Origin: Chrysemys picta bellii
Taxonomy: Eukaryota
Length of the DNA: 64,000 bases
Direction: 5' to 3'
Assembly: GCF_011386835.1 (NCBI RefSeq)
Contig: NC_088791.1
Coordinates: 15,376,001 to 15,440,000, forward strand
In this document: positions 22,447-36,141 of the stretch, piece after piece
Layout of the letters: every line of letters begins with the position of its first letter
How positions within the stretch are numbered: the first letter of the stretch is position 1
Translations under genes and position numbers: made by a program
The notes under the pieces: generated by a model
Database searches by the model: none
The model's input: only the letters and a program-made list of their open reading frames with translations
What the model was told of the DNA's origin: nothing

Positions 22447-23599
22447 GCGATTAAGAGGGAAACGACTGATGAAACCCAGCAAACAACATTACAGATCACA
22501 TAAATGAAGAGCTTTCCCTGTCCACCATTATTGGGTACATTAGATCCCGGCAGATAGCACTTGTACAAGGGCCATAAAGCGCACCAACAACAACAACAAC
22601 TAGTAATCACCAAAAACATTTAGCAGTTTTGCAATTAGTAGTAAAGTCCACAATGCCGCTGTCAGGAATTGCTCCTCTCAGCAACAAATTCCAGACAGTA
22701 AACGCTTGTAATGAAGTCAAGAGCTTATAGACTTTTAAGAGGTCACAAATCCTTTGGCAATAACATGAGGAAGTTTGGGGAAAAAAAACCCACTACAAGT
22801 ATTGTGAAATCTATCTGGGTATTAAAATGGCCAATAAATATAGCTCTCCTTTGTAAATACTGTATGGATCGGGGGATTGGAGAAAGGGAGAGTAGCAGAA
22901 TATAATGCACTGCATTTTGTGCCAAAGCACAGAGGAGCTCAACACCAGCCATCCCATGTTTATAAATGCTGAGTGGGTTGTTTTCAGAACTATCTAAAGG
23001 AGAAAGCCTACAACGGTCTACATGAAAATACAAAATCAATGTTGTTTATAAGTAAGCAGAGCAATAACTACAGTGAGGAATTAACTTTAAGTGCTTCAGC
23101 CAATATCGGCTTAGAAAAAAAACGAATGCCTGAGAGTGTCTAGGGACATGGATAGACAATACATTCAGTGATGCAGTTTGCATTGAAACGTTGATCAACG
23201 TGCTTAGGGTCAAATCCCTTTTATTCAAATGCAGAAACGGATGGTTCCTTTCTGCAGTGCTGTTTCAGAGGCCATTGTCTATGGAGGTGTTTTTGCAACT
23301 CTGAAGGGAAAAAAAAAAAAAAAAAGAATGTGCCCCACAGTTATATATGAGGCTGCTGATCAATGTTAGTTCCACAACACATCTCGGTACTGTTTAAAGA
23401 AAGAAAATATTACCTTAGTAATTCAGGTTCTGAGTTCTGCTGCCCACTGTGCAACTCTTTCTAGACAGGAATAATCAACTGAAACCCTCAGTGGCAGTTC
23501 TTGCAGAAAAACAAATATCTTGAATGGGCAAAGAGAGACTTACCTTCAAGGTACTGTTAGAGGTTGTCCCTGCAGATCAAGGTGATGCAGAAGATTTCA

Positions 23600-23790
23600 A
23601 GCCAAGAAAATCCAGAGTAACCAGTGATTTTGGATGCTCAGTTGGAGGCAACTCAAAGGGTCTGATTTTCATAGGGCAGATGCTCTGCACTTTCTGAAAG
23701 TCAGGCCCCCTTTGAGGTGCCTCCGGTACACATGTCCAGAAACCGAGGCACCCAAAATCATTGGTCACTTCTGAAAATCTTGGCCTAAGT
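23600..23790. mobile_element. Palindromic MITE (family also seen at ~30657-30784 and ~56995-57150)
   Basis: Mirror arms AGTGATTTTGGATGC / GCACCCAAAATCATT and CTGATTTTCA / TGAAAGTCAGG; superfamily not established. Confidence 0.5.
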
Positions 23791-23834
23791 CTGCAGTGCT
23801 GCCCATCTGGAATCACTCCTTTTAAAGAGAAGCT

Positions 23835-24480
23835 GGAATTTATGCATTATCACCATTAATTATTTGTATTACCATAGTGCCTAAAAGCCCTGGTCATGGA
23901 CCATGACCCCATTGTGCTAGGTGCTGTACAAATACAGAACAGACAGTCTCTACCCCAAGAGCTCAGAATCTAAGCATAGGACAGGAAACAACAGAGGTAT
24001 AGACAGACACACCCAGATGGAGGAGTATAAGGAAACAATAAGAGAACACTGGTCAGCATGATGGGCTGTGCAGAACGGAGTTCTATGTACATGGGTGACA
24101 TGGAAGAAGGCATGGAGTCCTTATGGGAGGACCCAATAAAAGAGCCTTAAAGATAAGCAATGTGAAAAAAGCTAAGAGCTGATAAGCTGGGAAAGGCAGA
24201 GGTACACAGAACTTCAAGGTTAAGACAAGAGGTTTGAACTTGATGCATTGGAGAATAGGGGGAAGCCCAAGGAGGGCTTCAAAGAGAGGGGTTGGACTGA
24301 TGGGTGAGTAAGATAATTAGTAACTTTTTAAAAAATAAACTAGAAGAGGGCAACATGAGTTTCAAAGGGGCCAGAGAAAAGAAATTTGCAGCAACTAAGA
24401 TAGGAGAGGTGTGTGTCTGAAGAAAAGTTTTAGGTGAAAGGATCCAGGGAAACCAATGGATCTTGGTAATGTTAGGGTCA
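23835..24480 (-). mobile_element. Old LINE/SINE 3'-end remnant (L2-like)
   Basis: CCCCATTGTGCTAGGTGCTGTACAAA...CCCCAAGAGCTCAGAATCTAAG tail motif followed by purine-rich degenerate sequence. Confidence 0.4.
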
Positions 24481-26469
24481 GAAAAGTGGTTGGAAGATTT
24501 CCAAGTTCTACTGGTTTGTTTCTATCCCTAGAGCTAAAGTATAAAACTATAATCCCTACTGATGGATGTTTACCGTCTCTTCTTCACCCCAGGGCTGTGA
24601 TTCTGAACAGTGCTTAAAAAAAAATTCTTCATCCAAACCTGTCTAGTTGTTGTTTTTAAACTAACTTAGGTTTTGAATTTAGGCTGGTAACTTCTGGGTT
24701 TGGTAGCCTACCAAATTCCAGTTTAAATAAAATTTAACCTTGGGGATAAGATTGTAGCATGTATCCCAAGGGTCCATCGCTATACGTAATTATCAGTGAA
24801 GAATCCATTTAGTCTCAGAGGCCAAAGACAGTGTCGCTTGTTCAGCCTTTGTGTTCAGAGCTGTTGAAGGTTTTTTTAAATTCTGAAAGAAGTCAGAATG
24901 AAGCAACGAAGCTTTCATACAAGTTCTGCCGCAAACCCTCCATATTCCAGCAGTCTTTGTCTGCATCTTTGTCCTTGATTTCAACACTTCTTTATACCAA
25001 GGACCTCTGAACCAAAGCTGTAAAGAACTTGCAGAGCTGCAGTAAGTTTCTTGAAGTCTGTTAGAATTCATGTGATTCATTTCCCTTCTGCTACATCTTA
25101 GCATTGTATTGCCACTTCAAACACGGAGCCCACTTAACTTGTTCTGGACGACTTCAGATGTCAAGGCTATGAGGTTTTTGAGCATCCTGTAGCATTTACA
25201 ATGCAATTTCATTTCAAACAGCATCTTTTAAACAATATCTTGAAAGAAAGAAAAGCCACTGCCAAAAAAAAAAAAAAAAAAAAAAAAGGAGAAAATGCTT
25301 TCCAGGATGGATTAACAATGAGCGCACAGAGCGAGAGGTTTGTCTGACAACTAAAGCAGACCCAAATATTTGGGAATGTATAAAGAATGCTCAGCATCAA
25401 CCAGAGCTCAGATCCTGCATTTTTAAATGGACACAAAAGCGTCACCTTTTTTTTAATTAAGAACAGAATAAACTGAATGAAATAGAAGATTCAAGAAATT
25501 TTTTTTTTTAAATGGGAGGGCAGAAAAACACAGTTGTTTGTATGTTGCCAACACTGCATGAGATGCTTTACGATGAGGTAGGAACACCTCCCAGGTGTCT
25601 ATAAACTACAGCCCCAAACCTGCAAGCACTGATGGAAATATCTAACTTTACTCCCATTGGACTCAATCTTCAAGCACTGTAATACATGTGCTTACCTTTT
25701 CTCATGCAAGTAGTTCCACTGAAGTCAAGTCCTGTGTATTTGCAGGATGATGGTCTAAGACAATATACACGCTAGGAATAGTGAGGTTGGGGAGTTCATT
25801 CTCAAGTTTGTTCTGCAGTGGTCTTTCCTACTTTAACACAGATTTGTCCTGCTCCCCAGTTTAGACTGATTTTTTCCATCCTTGGAACTAGTTGAAAAGT
25901 TAACAATGGTAAAAGGCAAACAAAGGGAGCCATTCAGAACTGATCCTATAATAATATATACTGTACATCTAATATTTAAATATCAATTTGAGTTGATAGA
26001 GAAACATGGTGGCCAGTAACTACAAAAGAATATACCTCAAGCCAGAAAGACAAGCAGACAGAAGAGCAGAACTAGTTTATCAAAAGCATTGGAATGAGAA
26101 ATATTTTGAGATAAATACTGCTAGACAAAAAGAAGCACTGCAGTGAGGATTTTTTGGAATGAAAATGTTAAAATACAGTTTTGGGGGAAGCAAGTTAAAT
26201 TTCTTCAGGGTCCTTTTAAGCTCACTAACAATCACTTTCCTAATGAAGGGGAAAATTCCACTCCTCCTTTGTCACTTAAACTTATTACCATTCATTTATG
26301 AAGTTACCATAACATTTTAAGCTGTACCATAAGTTATAATAAAGTGCCAGCTGATTTTCGTTACAAACTGCATTGCAATTGAAGTATAATTTAGAAAATG
26401 CAAGATTAGGAGGCTTTGTTAAATATATTATTCTAAAATAAAACTATGGCCTAGTATAAAGTTGGGCAT

Positions 26470-27582
26470 CTCTGTTGGTCTGAGCAGGGATCCAGGTACG
26501 AGGAACTATGATGCCCCCCCTGGATTGCGAAGTACCTCACCACCACCTGCCCATAGCACAAGCAATTTTGTCTGTCCCTGCTGTAGCTCAGCTCCCTGAA
26601 ACCAACAGCCACGGGCCACACAAGCATGTATGGTCTCAGGTATGTGCAGAGCTCAACCTCTCCATGCAGGCTAGTGATAGACACACACCAATCCCCACGG
26701 CCTCAGAGCACATACCCTGGCAATGTCCAGCCCTTCACCACTGAACACTCAAATTACCAGATACACTGTCCCCAGAGGAACAGTGCACACACACCCGCTT
26801 GTTTAGCTCAACTGAGGATGCACTCCAAGATAACATCACAGCACTGAGATATATTTACAGTGAAAAGAAAGCATAAAAATATGAATAAGCATAATTATGG
26901 AACCAGAAACGGTTATATATAAAACACAAAAATCATAAAGCTTCTTAGCCTCTAAACTTAACGTTAACAGGCTGAAAACCTTTATCCAAAGCAGCTTCCC
27001 TCACCTAAATGATTTCCAACCAACGTGGTAGGGATCTTGCTTTCCTGAATGCTAAAAGCGGCCTTTTTGCTTCCTCAGAAAAGGATAAAACGGTGTCCTT
27101 TCACCTTCTTTTTATAGCCCCAAAGGGCATTGTTTCATCTCCCAGAGTGAGGATGACCCCCCTTCCCCTCCCCCCCAGGGTTTATTCTCTCATGTTTTAT
27201 CTCCTGTTGACTTCCCATCCCCCTGTTGACTTGGAGCTTCCATTGTGTTGGTCTACAGTTCTTAATTGACATGGCCAACAGATAGGTGAATTAACATCCT
27301 TTGTCTGACCCAAAACCTGTTTGTCAGCTCTGCCTTGGATACAGATTTTAAAACATTATAGTACATATATACAACTCCTTAAATATCATCCATCCTTCTT
27401 GTAACAATTATGAGAATCGATACGCTATCAGCTTTTATTAGATGCCTCACTTGCTTCGCTGTGGATAAACACTATGAAAGCAATGTGTTGGGTGTGGTGA
27501 GTTTGTCAGGCCTGTCAGGAATTACTGCATACCACACAGTGAAACCTTTACCAGTTGGCGTTGAGGGGTTCTTAGCATCACG
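26470..27582. mobile_element. Degenerate solo LTR
   Basis: Internal motifs and right end (...GTGAGTTTGTCAGGCCTG...CCAGTTGGCGTTGAGGGG...ATCAC) resemble a recurrent turtle LTR; left boundary uncertain. Confidence 0.45.
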
Positions 27583-28725
27583 GGAATGTCTGAATCTTAA
27601 ACCCAAGATTCTCTCTCTGCTCTTAGTAAGTCATTTAGAGCCTGATTTGCAGAAATGCTGAGCCCCCACATGTTTTATTGAAGTCAATAGAAGCTGTGAG
27701 TGCTCAGCTCTCTGAAAAATCAGACACAACCTTTTTAACCTCCTTTAGTCATTGGTACACTAAAAGTAGGAATAATAATACATAACTACCATATGGGGGT
27801 GTGGTGAGCATTAATGTTGGTTAAGTGCTCAGTAAGTGCAAAGCATTATCTCTGTGGATAGAAGCAATTATAAACCCATGACAATTGATTTTACATATTT
27901 TCAACAGTAAAGAGAGGAATTTCAGGATAGCAGTACAGACTGTGGAGTATTCCAGCTTCCGCATCCTAGGGCTTAATCCACAGCTCACTGAAACCTGTGG
28001 AGAGACTGACTACTATGGCCTTTGACTCAGGCTCACAGCCTGCAGTGGGAAGGGGGTCCTGGGTAGCTCAGTTCCTCCCTCCATTATCTCTTCCACCTGA
28101 GTTCCTGTGTGCTCAGTGACCAAGGTATCAAAGATGGTCCTATTGGCACCCTCCCCCCGCACATAAAATCAAAACCTAATGAATCAAACAAAAACTGCCT
28201 TTAGCTTCCATAACGTGGGAGACTTAAAAATATTGGGTAGTTCAAATTGCGTATGACGCGTGTTCCTTTCTATAAGTCTGGACACTAATCCAGCACTCCA
28301 TTCGTAGGTAGGATTTTTCCTTCATCATTCCAATCAGGAATGAATCCGAAATTTTGGAAGTTTTTGACTCCCCTCCTACGAGACCCATTAATCCAAGTGA
28401 AAAGGAAATTATGAAGCCCCAATTTAGAGAGATTCTATATACCAGACCATGATTCATGTCTAAAGAGAGGATGGGTGAATCTACCTTTAGAGAGGACATA
28501 TTGAAGTAATTACCAGGGCTGAAAATGTTATTTTGGAGGCTGACGGCCTCTGTAAGAAACCCCTTAGATGAGAAGGGAAAAATATATAACAAAAAGTATT
28601 AAGGATAAAAGTCATACATTGGAAGTGACCTGCTTATACCCTTCCCAGGCTACATTTTTTTTTTGTGCCCAAAGTCATAACTTTTGAAAGCATTTCAAAG
28701 TACTTCAGACATAGTTTTTAAGAAG

Positions 28726-29926
28726 TTAAATGGGTGCACAGTGTACCGTAAGTACCCAACATAATTGGCATCACAAAGACTTGGTGGGGTAATTCGCATG
28801 ACTGGAATATTGGTATAGAAAGGAGCAGCTTGTTCAGGAAGGACAGGCAGGATAAAAGGAGGGTGTGTTGCCTTATATACCAGATGTATACACTTGCATT
28901 GAGGTTGAGATAGGAATGGGAGGCAGACTTGTTGTAAGTCTCCGGGTAAGGATAAAAGGGGTAAAAAACAAGGGTGATGTTATGCTGGAGTCTACTATAC
29001 ATCACCTATTCAGGAAGAGGTGGATGAGGCTTGTTTGAAACAACTAACAAAATCATCCAAAGCACAGGACTTGGTGGTAATGGGGGACTAGAATTAGAAT
29101 TCAAAATGATCTTGACAAACTGGAGAAATGGCCTGTAATAAATAGGCTGGAATTCAATAAGGACAAATGCCAAATACTGCACTTAGGAAGGAATAATGAA
29201 TTGCACAAATACAAAATTGGAAATGACTGCCTAGAAAAGAGTACTGCAGAAAAGGACATGAAAATGGATCAAAAACTAAATATGAGTTAACAATGTGATA
29301 CTGTTGCACAAAAAGCAAACGTTCTGGGATATACTAGCAGGAGTGTTGTAAGCAAGACATTAAGAAGTAATTACTCCACTTGGCACTGATAAGGCCTCAA
29401 CTGGAGTATTGTGTCCAGTTCTGGACACCACACTTCGGGAAACATGTGGGCAAATTGGAGAAAGTCCAGAGGAGAGCAACAAAAATGATTAAAGTTCTAA
29501 AACACATGACTGATGAGAAAAGTTTTTTTTTTTTTAACTGGTTTATTTAGTGTGGAGAAGAGAAGACTGAAAGGGGGACATGACAACAGTCTTCAAGTAA
29601 GGAAAAGATTGCTAGAAAGAGGAGGATACATTGGTTTTCCTTTTCCATTGAGGACAGGACAAGCAGTAATGGACTTAATTTGCAGCAAGGGAGATTTCGG
29701 TTAGATATTAGGAAAAGCTTCCTAACTGTCAGGGTAGTTAAACACTGGAAAAAATTACCTAGGGAGGTTGTGGAATCTCTCTCATGGAAGATTTTTAACA
29801 ACAGGTTGGACAAACACCAGTCAGGGATGGTCTAGATAATACTTAGCCCTGCCTCAGTGCACGGGGGCTGCACTAGATGACTTATTGAGGTCCCTTCCCG
29901 TCTACAATTCTATGATTGTAAGATTC
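28726..29926 (+). mobile_element. CR1 LINE remnant; endonuclease-domain piece joined directly to the ORF2 C-terminus and 3'UTR
   Basis: TTGTTCAGGAAGGACAGGCAGG...TTGGTGGTAATGGGGGACT (endonuclease region) is followed at ~29090 by AGAATTCAAAATGATCTTGACAAACTGGAG (C-terminal region). Ends in the typical GAGGTCCCTTCC...ATTCTATGATT tail. Confidence 0.85.
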
Positions 29927-32900
29927 ATCCGATACATGCTCTTTTATAAAGTTATTTAAGAATCTAAATTCTTTTCTTCCTCTCCACAATTCCTTCTGAC
30001 AGAATTTTATTCCACGAGGTGCACAGAAGAACAGAACGGTACCAGATTCAGCAATTTTAGAGCCCGTGAAAGTTAAAATAATGGAGGAATTATGCAGCAT
30101 TCAACAGCAGTTTTACCCTTCCCTTTAATGCCTTGGCAAAACTTGGACTGTCCAAGGAGGGGCGGTGGAGGAAAGAAGTGATTAAAATTGAATACCTCTT
30201 TGTGCCTTTCCATAAAAAAGAAAATTTACTATCTGAATAGCCATGAATGCTTACAAGGGACAAGGGACTCATTTGATTGTTTATGAAGATAGTGTTTTCA
30301 ACTCTCATTGGGCAAGCCTGGTAAAACAATTGCTGGAAGTGGAACTTAAAGTTACCAGCTTAGTAGTTTGGCTGCAAAGAAAGAGCACCAGATGATGCTG
30401 CTATTAACGCATTTTGTAATAGTGTGCTATGTAGCAATATCATGTTTTATAGCAACAAAGGTTTAGGTACAATTATGAAGAGTGGACGAACTCCCTTAAT
30501 TGCAAATTAATTGCTTACTCTAGCAGGGAGCTTGCTAATTCTACAGCTAAAATAGGCTATTTATCTCCTGCTGAGCTTGCGGCTACTTATTAAATATTTC
30601 CACAGTGGCAATGTGCCCGGTTTATCCGAGTCACTGTGAATGATCCTGCACATCAGGGTGCCTGATTTCAGAGGGTAGGTGCTCAGCATGTTACGAAAAA
30701 CAAGTCCCCAGAAGGTGTCTTCAGTTGGGCTCCCAAAAATTGAAGGCAACCAAGAATTGCTAGTCACTTTTGAAAATTCAGGCCATCTTCTTTACAACTT
30801 ATGATCAGAACTCAAATAATTGCAGGTACTCAGGCATAATCTTCACTAAGTGTCCACTTCCCCTGATGCTTGTGCTGGATCAATAGTTACAAGGTTTGTA
30901 TATCAGGGTGGCTGTTTGCCTCAAAGCCCCTCTCTACCTAGTAGGTAGTGGTGGTGATGATTATGGAAAATGTTGAAGTGTGGTTTTCTGATTCAACCGT
31001 TGCTGATGGCTCATTAACTGCTAGCAGAGGCGGATGTGGCTCTTAAAACAGAGGATCTAGGGTGTGGGCTGAACAGCCCTTGGGAGGAAACGCCAGGAAT
31101 ACACAATCATGGGCTTGACCTGGATTTTGTCTCATTGAATTTGGAGTTCTTTCTGTGAATAAAAATAACCGTCACGTTGATTGCGTTTGGAGCATGGTGG
31201 GGAAGACACCTGTTCATAATTATCTTGAACACATATCTTCCCAAAAGAAAAGGTGTTGCAAATTCAGACTATACTGAATATCTTAATATCCATTAAGAAG
31301 GCTGACATACCTTTTATCTAGTAGATTCTCCTTCTGAATTGCACCTGCATTGCTAAATATGGAGGGAGAGACTCAGATAATATCCTTAGCAGTTTCCATA
31401 ACTCCAATATCAGCTCTAATATGTTGTCTCCCTATGCAGCATCATTTTAGCCACTGTTCTAAAAGAGTTCTTGGACAAAGCAAGCAGACAAAGCGGCATC
31501 TCAGTCAGAGCTAAAGTGGCGAGAGAGGAAGGCAAAAAGATGAGAGACAATAAATGGAGTGGTGAAGGGAAATGTACATATATATCCAAGAAAGAATTTG
31601 TCCCTACCCCTTTTGTATTCTTGAAGTGTAACTGTATCTTCAGAGATCAGCACCAATATATCACTCTCTCTTACTCACATACACTTAAGAAAGCCTTTAA
31701 AACCCCCTTGAAAAAAAGTTTCCACAACAAGAGAGGCTTAGAACATGTATAATATGTAACCATGCCCCTAAGTAAACTTTTACCATTAAGGCTTGTGGAT
31801 AAATGCATTCAATGCACAGAATACAGTTTTACTTTGGACATTGTCTGGAAAAGGCTGAAGAGACATATGATAACCTCTGTTGTCTTAACCATCTTAACAG
31901 CCATTACCAATGAATAGCAGTAGATGGGGAGGAATGGAACACAGTTGTTCAGGAAACTCCAGAGAAGGGGTCAAGGGAGGTTACCAGAATGAAGGGAGAA
32001 AAGAATAATGAAGTACAGCACAGCTTAGTTTTCTCTGACCTACCCAAATAACATAAGCAGAACAAACCAATTTCAAAATCAGTGTCAAAAGCCAGAGGAT
32101 GAAATGTTGGTTCTCAGAAGATTCAAAATCTCTAGTTTTTGTACCCGTAAAAAGCATGAGTGGTTTTCTGTTGATGCACTACAATATAAGTACAAACAAA
32201 ACTAGTCAATGCTAGGCAGTGGAGGGACGAAGAAACTCAGGTTCTTTGTTCCTCATGCCTGATAGATGTGGCAACCATTTTAAAGGCCATGTTCAAATTA
32301 CTGCCATCATGGTTCAGATTTTTTGTTACTAATCTAGCTATCTCCTCGTTGTGACAGTGTATTGAAAAGCATTTGTGTTGGCTTAACATCCCCTAAAAGG
32401 AAAATGCTAAGAAACTACGGAGGTTAAAATGTTGTTAAATTTTAAGTATGCTACATTCACAGATCTTCATAAGCATGCCATGTTTACAGAACTATAAAAA
32501 GGGTCTTTTTCTCACTGAAGTACTGGCAGCAGACTGCACACTGCTGGAAAAGAAAAGGTGGGCATTCGATGGCGTATATTGTGCAGGCAGTGTAATGGGA
32601 CTCACACGGGGGAGATTTAAAAAAATCTATAATTTGCAAGTCCAATTTCAAAGTCATATCTAGGATAATGTGAAACTCAGGGTAGGAATCTTTAAAAAAA
32701 TATTCTTGGAAAATGTACATGTGTTCCTCAGAGAATCAAAGGGATTTACCTCTCTGCTTCGCTAGGCTGTTCTGTCTTTTTGACATTTTGATGTTGTTTA
32801 CTGTTCAAATCAAATTTTGGAATTATTGAGTGGTTCATTTGAAAGGTGTATTTTTGACTAACATTCAGACAGCTCTCCTAAGCCATGGCCAAGGAGTTGC

Positions 32901-33289
32901 TAAACTCCTCAGCATCAGTACTGGCACTTTTAAATTCATTTTTGTGGGGGATATGTGTTACTTTTACCATAAAGGCTCAGTTCTGCTCTCAACTGTGTGA
33001 GTACAACTCTCACTGAATTCACCAGTGTTACTGAAGGAAAAAATGGGCCCTAAATTTGTTTATGGAGCTATATTTACTGTTTGCACGTTTTAGAATTATA
33101 AAAAGCAGAGAAGGAAAAGCTCCAGTCAGGACATTTAATCCATTACACCAGCCAATGCAGAATTGTTTCTTATTGTAAGCTACAGATAGAGTTGTCTCCT
33201 ACTGTTTCCTGTAATATTGAGCTTTTTGGTAACTAACATGAATAATTCCTTTGATGCTTGCAATGCATTTACCTTAAATAGGCAGATGA

Positions 33290-36141
33290 AGTTTACCCAT
33301 AAATAAGACTTTTATTCTACAAACTATGATGTGCCAGTTTCCCTTTAGGACAGTACAGATCACAGCTACACAAATCCTGAGTAAAATTATATTTTTCAGT
33401 CTGATTAGTAAAATTGTATAGATCTATCATGTCAATAAGTCCACTGTTGTTGACGGATATAGGGTGAGAACACTGGGATAGGGCAGGAAAGTTATAATGA
33501 CAGTTCAGTTCGTCGTTTCTAAAGCCATTGCTGAGGGCTAGGTTTAGCAATGAAGAAGACTATAAGCTGTAACTTCTGAATTATATATTGATATTGCTCA
33601 GTCTAAAAGAAAACACATACAGACAAATTAAATAGGGCATACATTATACAAGAGTATACCATTAATTTTTTAAAAATAATAGTTTATCCTGGGAAGACCA
33701 GAATTATGGCTTTTGCCTACAAGCATAATCAAACACGGTAAAAAAAGACACATAACAACATAGACTTTATTATTATTATTCTACATGTTAAAAATGCAAC
33801 CACATCAAAATAGAATAAACAGTTAAAAAACTGTTGCAGAGGACATAAGAAAATAGTGTGTATATATTTTATATATAAAAATCTACAGTATTTACTAGTG
33901 TTGATACATATTTTGGAGCAGTCCCAGGCTGCTAGCACAAAGTAAATTGTACAGCTTTATTTATTATGAATCACAGAACCATGGTTAAAACTTTGGGATT
34001 ATTACACTTAACCACATTATATACATACATTGCTAAGCTGCTGTAAGCAATCAGAACTAAGATAAGCCCAAGTACTATTCATCATCTCAATTTCAGTTTA
34101 GAGTTTTTCAGTGTAGTGCTTAGCTACTGTTCCTTCACTGCAGTTTGCAATCTTTAAAATATAAAACTGCCCCGGTCATCACCAATTACACCGCTCATTA
34201 TATACACAAAAGAAGTGTGTGAAATATAGTAAATGTTACTTCCATTTTTAAAAACAAACATTTTACTTCTGTACCTTAAAACCTAGACAGCTAACCTGCA
34301 GCAAGAATAGGCACTACAGCTCATTCTTTAAAAGACAAATTGATCTGTTTTCTAGTGTTCAATGTACTCAGCTAACGCATCTCAAGAAAATGCAAATTGA
34401 CAAAAACCTCCCCAAACAAAGACTGATTTTTAAGTGTCCCGAACCTACCAGTGTTTTGGTATTTAAGTATTAGAGCTTTTAACAGAAAAGATTTATAAGG
34501 ACTCAGTCTTGCAAGAGGTCTGTCACCCTCAGCTCTCATTAACTTCAATGAGAGTTCAGAGTGCTTAGCAATTCCTACATTCAGCAGCTCATAAGACTGC
34601 ACCCCAAGTATGCCACTTAACCTGCATTTTTTTTTCTTTTCACAGTGGATGAAAGCCAAGGAGAATGTAGAGTACAAAAGGCTGCAAACACTAATTTAAA
34701 AAAAATATTTAATTACAAAGAGTCTATTAAGCTTCTTATTAACAGTCCAAGGCTGCACATCACACAATCTCTCAATGACCTGACAGTGCAGCAGCACTTG
34801 CCCATTCCTGGACATGAACCTATTGCTTTCTGGAAAAAGGAGGGCAAAAGCAAAACATGTCATTGAACTGACATTATCGAGCTCATGGGAAAGAGCACTG
34901 AATGCATTCATATAGCACTAGGGTTGCCAATTTTGGTTGGATGTATTCCTGGAGATTTCATCAGATGACAATCTTTAATTGAAGATTAATCTTTAACTCC
35001 TGGAGACTCCATGACAATCCTGGAGGATTTGCAACCCTACACCACACACAGAGGGTCAAAATAGCTACACAACCCCCATGTTCGGCCCTCAAGTTTCAAG
35101 TAACTGGCAATACTCTTATACCAGTAAGAGGACTGTTTGGCAAGCCAGTAGCTCACACTATGACTGGTTTGCTAAGTTAGACCCCATGGTAAGGCTGCAT
35201 GCTGTGAGAATGCAGCACCATTTCTGCTTCTAGCATTGTATACGTTGTGCTCAAATAGTTCAGGGGACTTAAATGGGAACACAAAGCATTGCTTTGCAAC
35301 ATTGGATTTGGGTACAAAGGTACAGACTCCGTGCTGAAAGTTCACCCAGACCCTAAAGACTTGCTACACTCAGACTGCCCTGATTTTAAGCACCATTTGT
35401 CGGCCAGATCAGAGTGACACTCTTTTTGGCTCCATGGTTTGCTTGTCTGTTCCTTCTGGCTGAGGGAAAGGCAAGATAGCAGCCAAAGGAATGGAGATTA
35501 ACTGGGAAATAGCATCCCATGTAAGATTACATTAACAACCCAGAGCATCTCTCCATCTTCAATCCGATCCTGGGTTACTGAGGCAGTTTGTATACAAAGA
35601 CAGGAAAGGCCATCCAAAATGAATGGGTCATTTATCAAATAAATTACAAAGAAAATAATTAAACTGAAATAAAATACTTCACTAACCTAGCCCAAGAGTA
35701 AATGCATCTACATTTTAGACTCTTTAGTTCTTCTCCAGCTACATGTTTGTGTATTTGCACAAGCACACTTACTGCATTGTAATGTCAGTCAAAATACAGC
35801 TTGCAAATGTGTTACAGTTGCTAGGCAGAAAGATTATAGCTCTGTGCAAATTATTTAAATTTCAGAAACATGGTAGTGTTAGACACATTTTGCAGATGAC
35901 TCTACTGCTATTGCTATGTTTATATGCATCAGATCCCTTTCAACAGGTTCAATGCAAGTTTAAAAGCTCAACTACCTTTCAGCCAAAGTTTAAAACGGCT
36001 TTGAAATAATGTTATTACTTTATCGGAGAACTGCATGAACTGCCCACGTTCTGTATAAAATACTGACTTGGACAATTATAAACACAGCAATATATATCTA
36101 ATGTTTTCGGTTCTTGCTTATTAGTTAGCATTGATGGATTC
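33290..36141 (-). other. USP6NL: USP6NL 3'UTR (extent inferred)
   Basis: Follows the TGA stop. AT-rich and mostly repeat-poor. Minus-strand AATAAA candidates at 33956-33961, 33766-33771 and 33311-33316. True end unknown. Confidence 0.45.
34919..35039. mobile_element. Short MITE
   Basis: TIRs TAGGGTTGCCAA / TTTGCAACCCTA; TSD not clear. Confidence 0.6.

Noticed and set aside
23538-23570. Perfect AAG|GTAAGT donor on the minus strand with a possible 26-nt exon; another perfect donor on + at 40710
   Set aside because: Isolated motifs on both strands with no reading frame or linked exons; compatible with chance.
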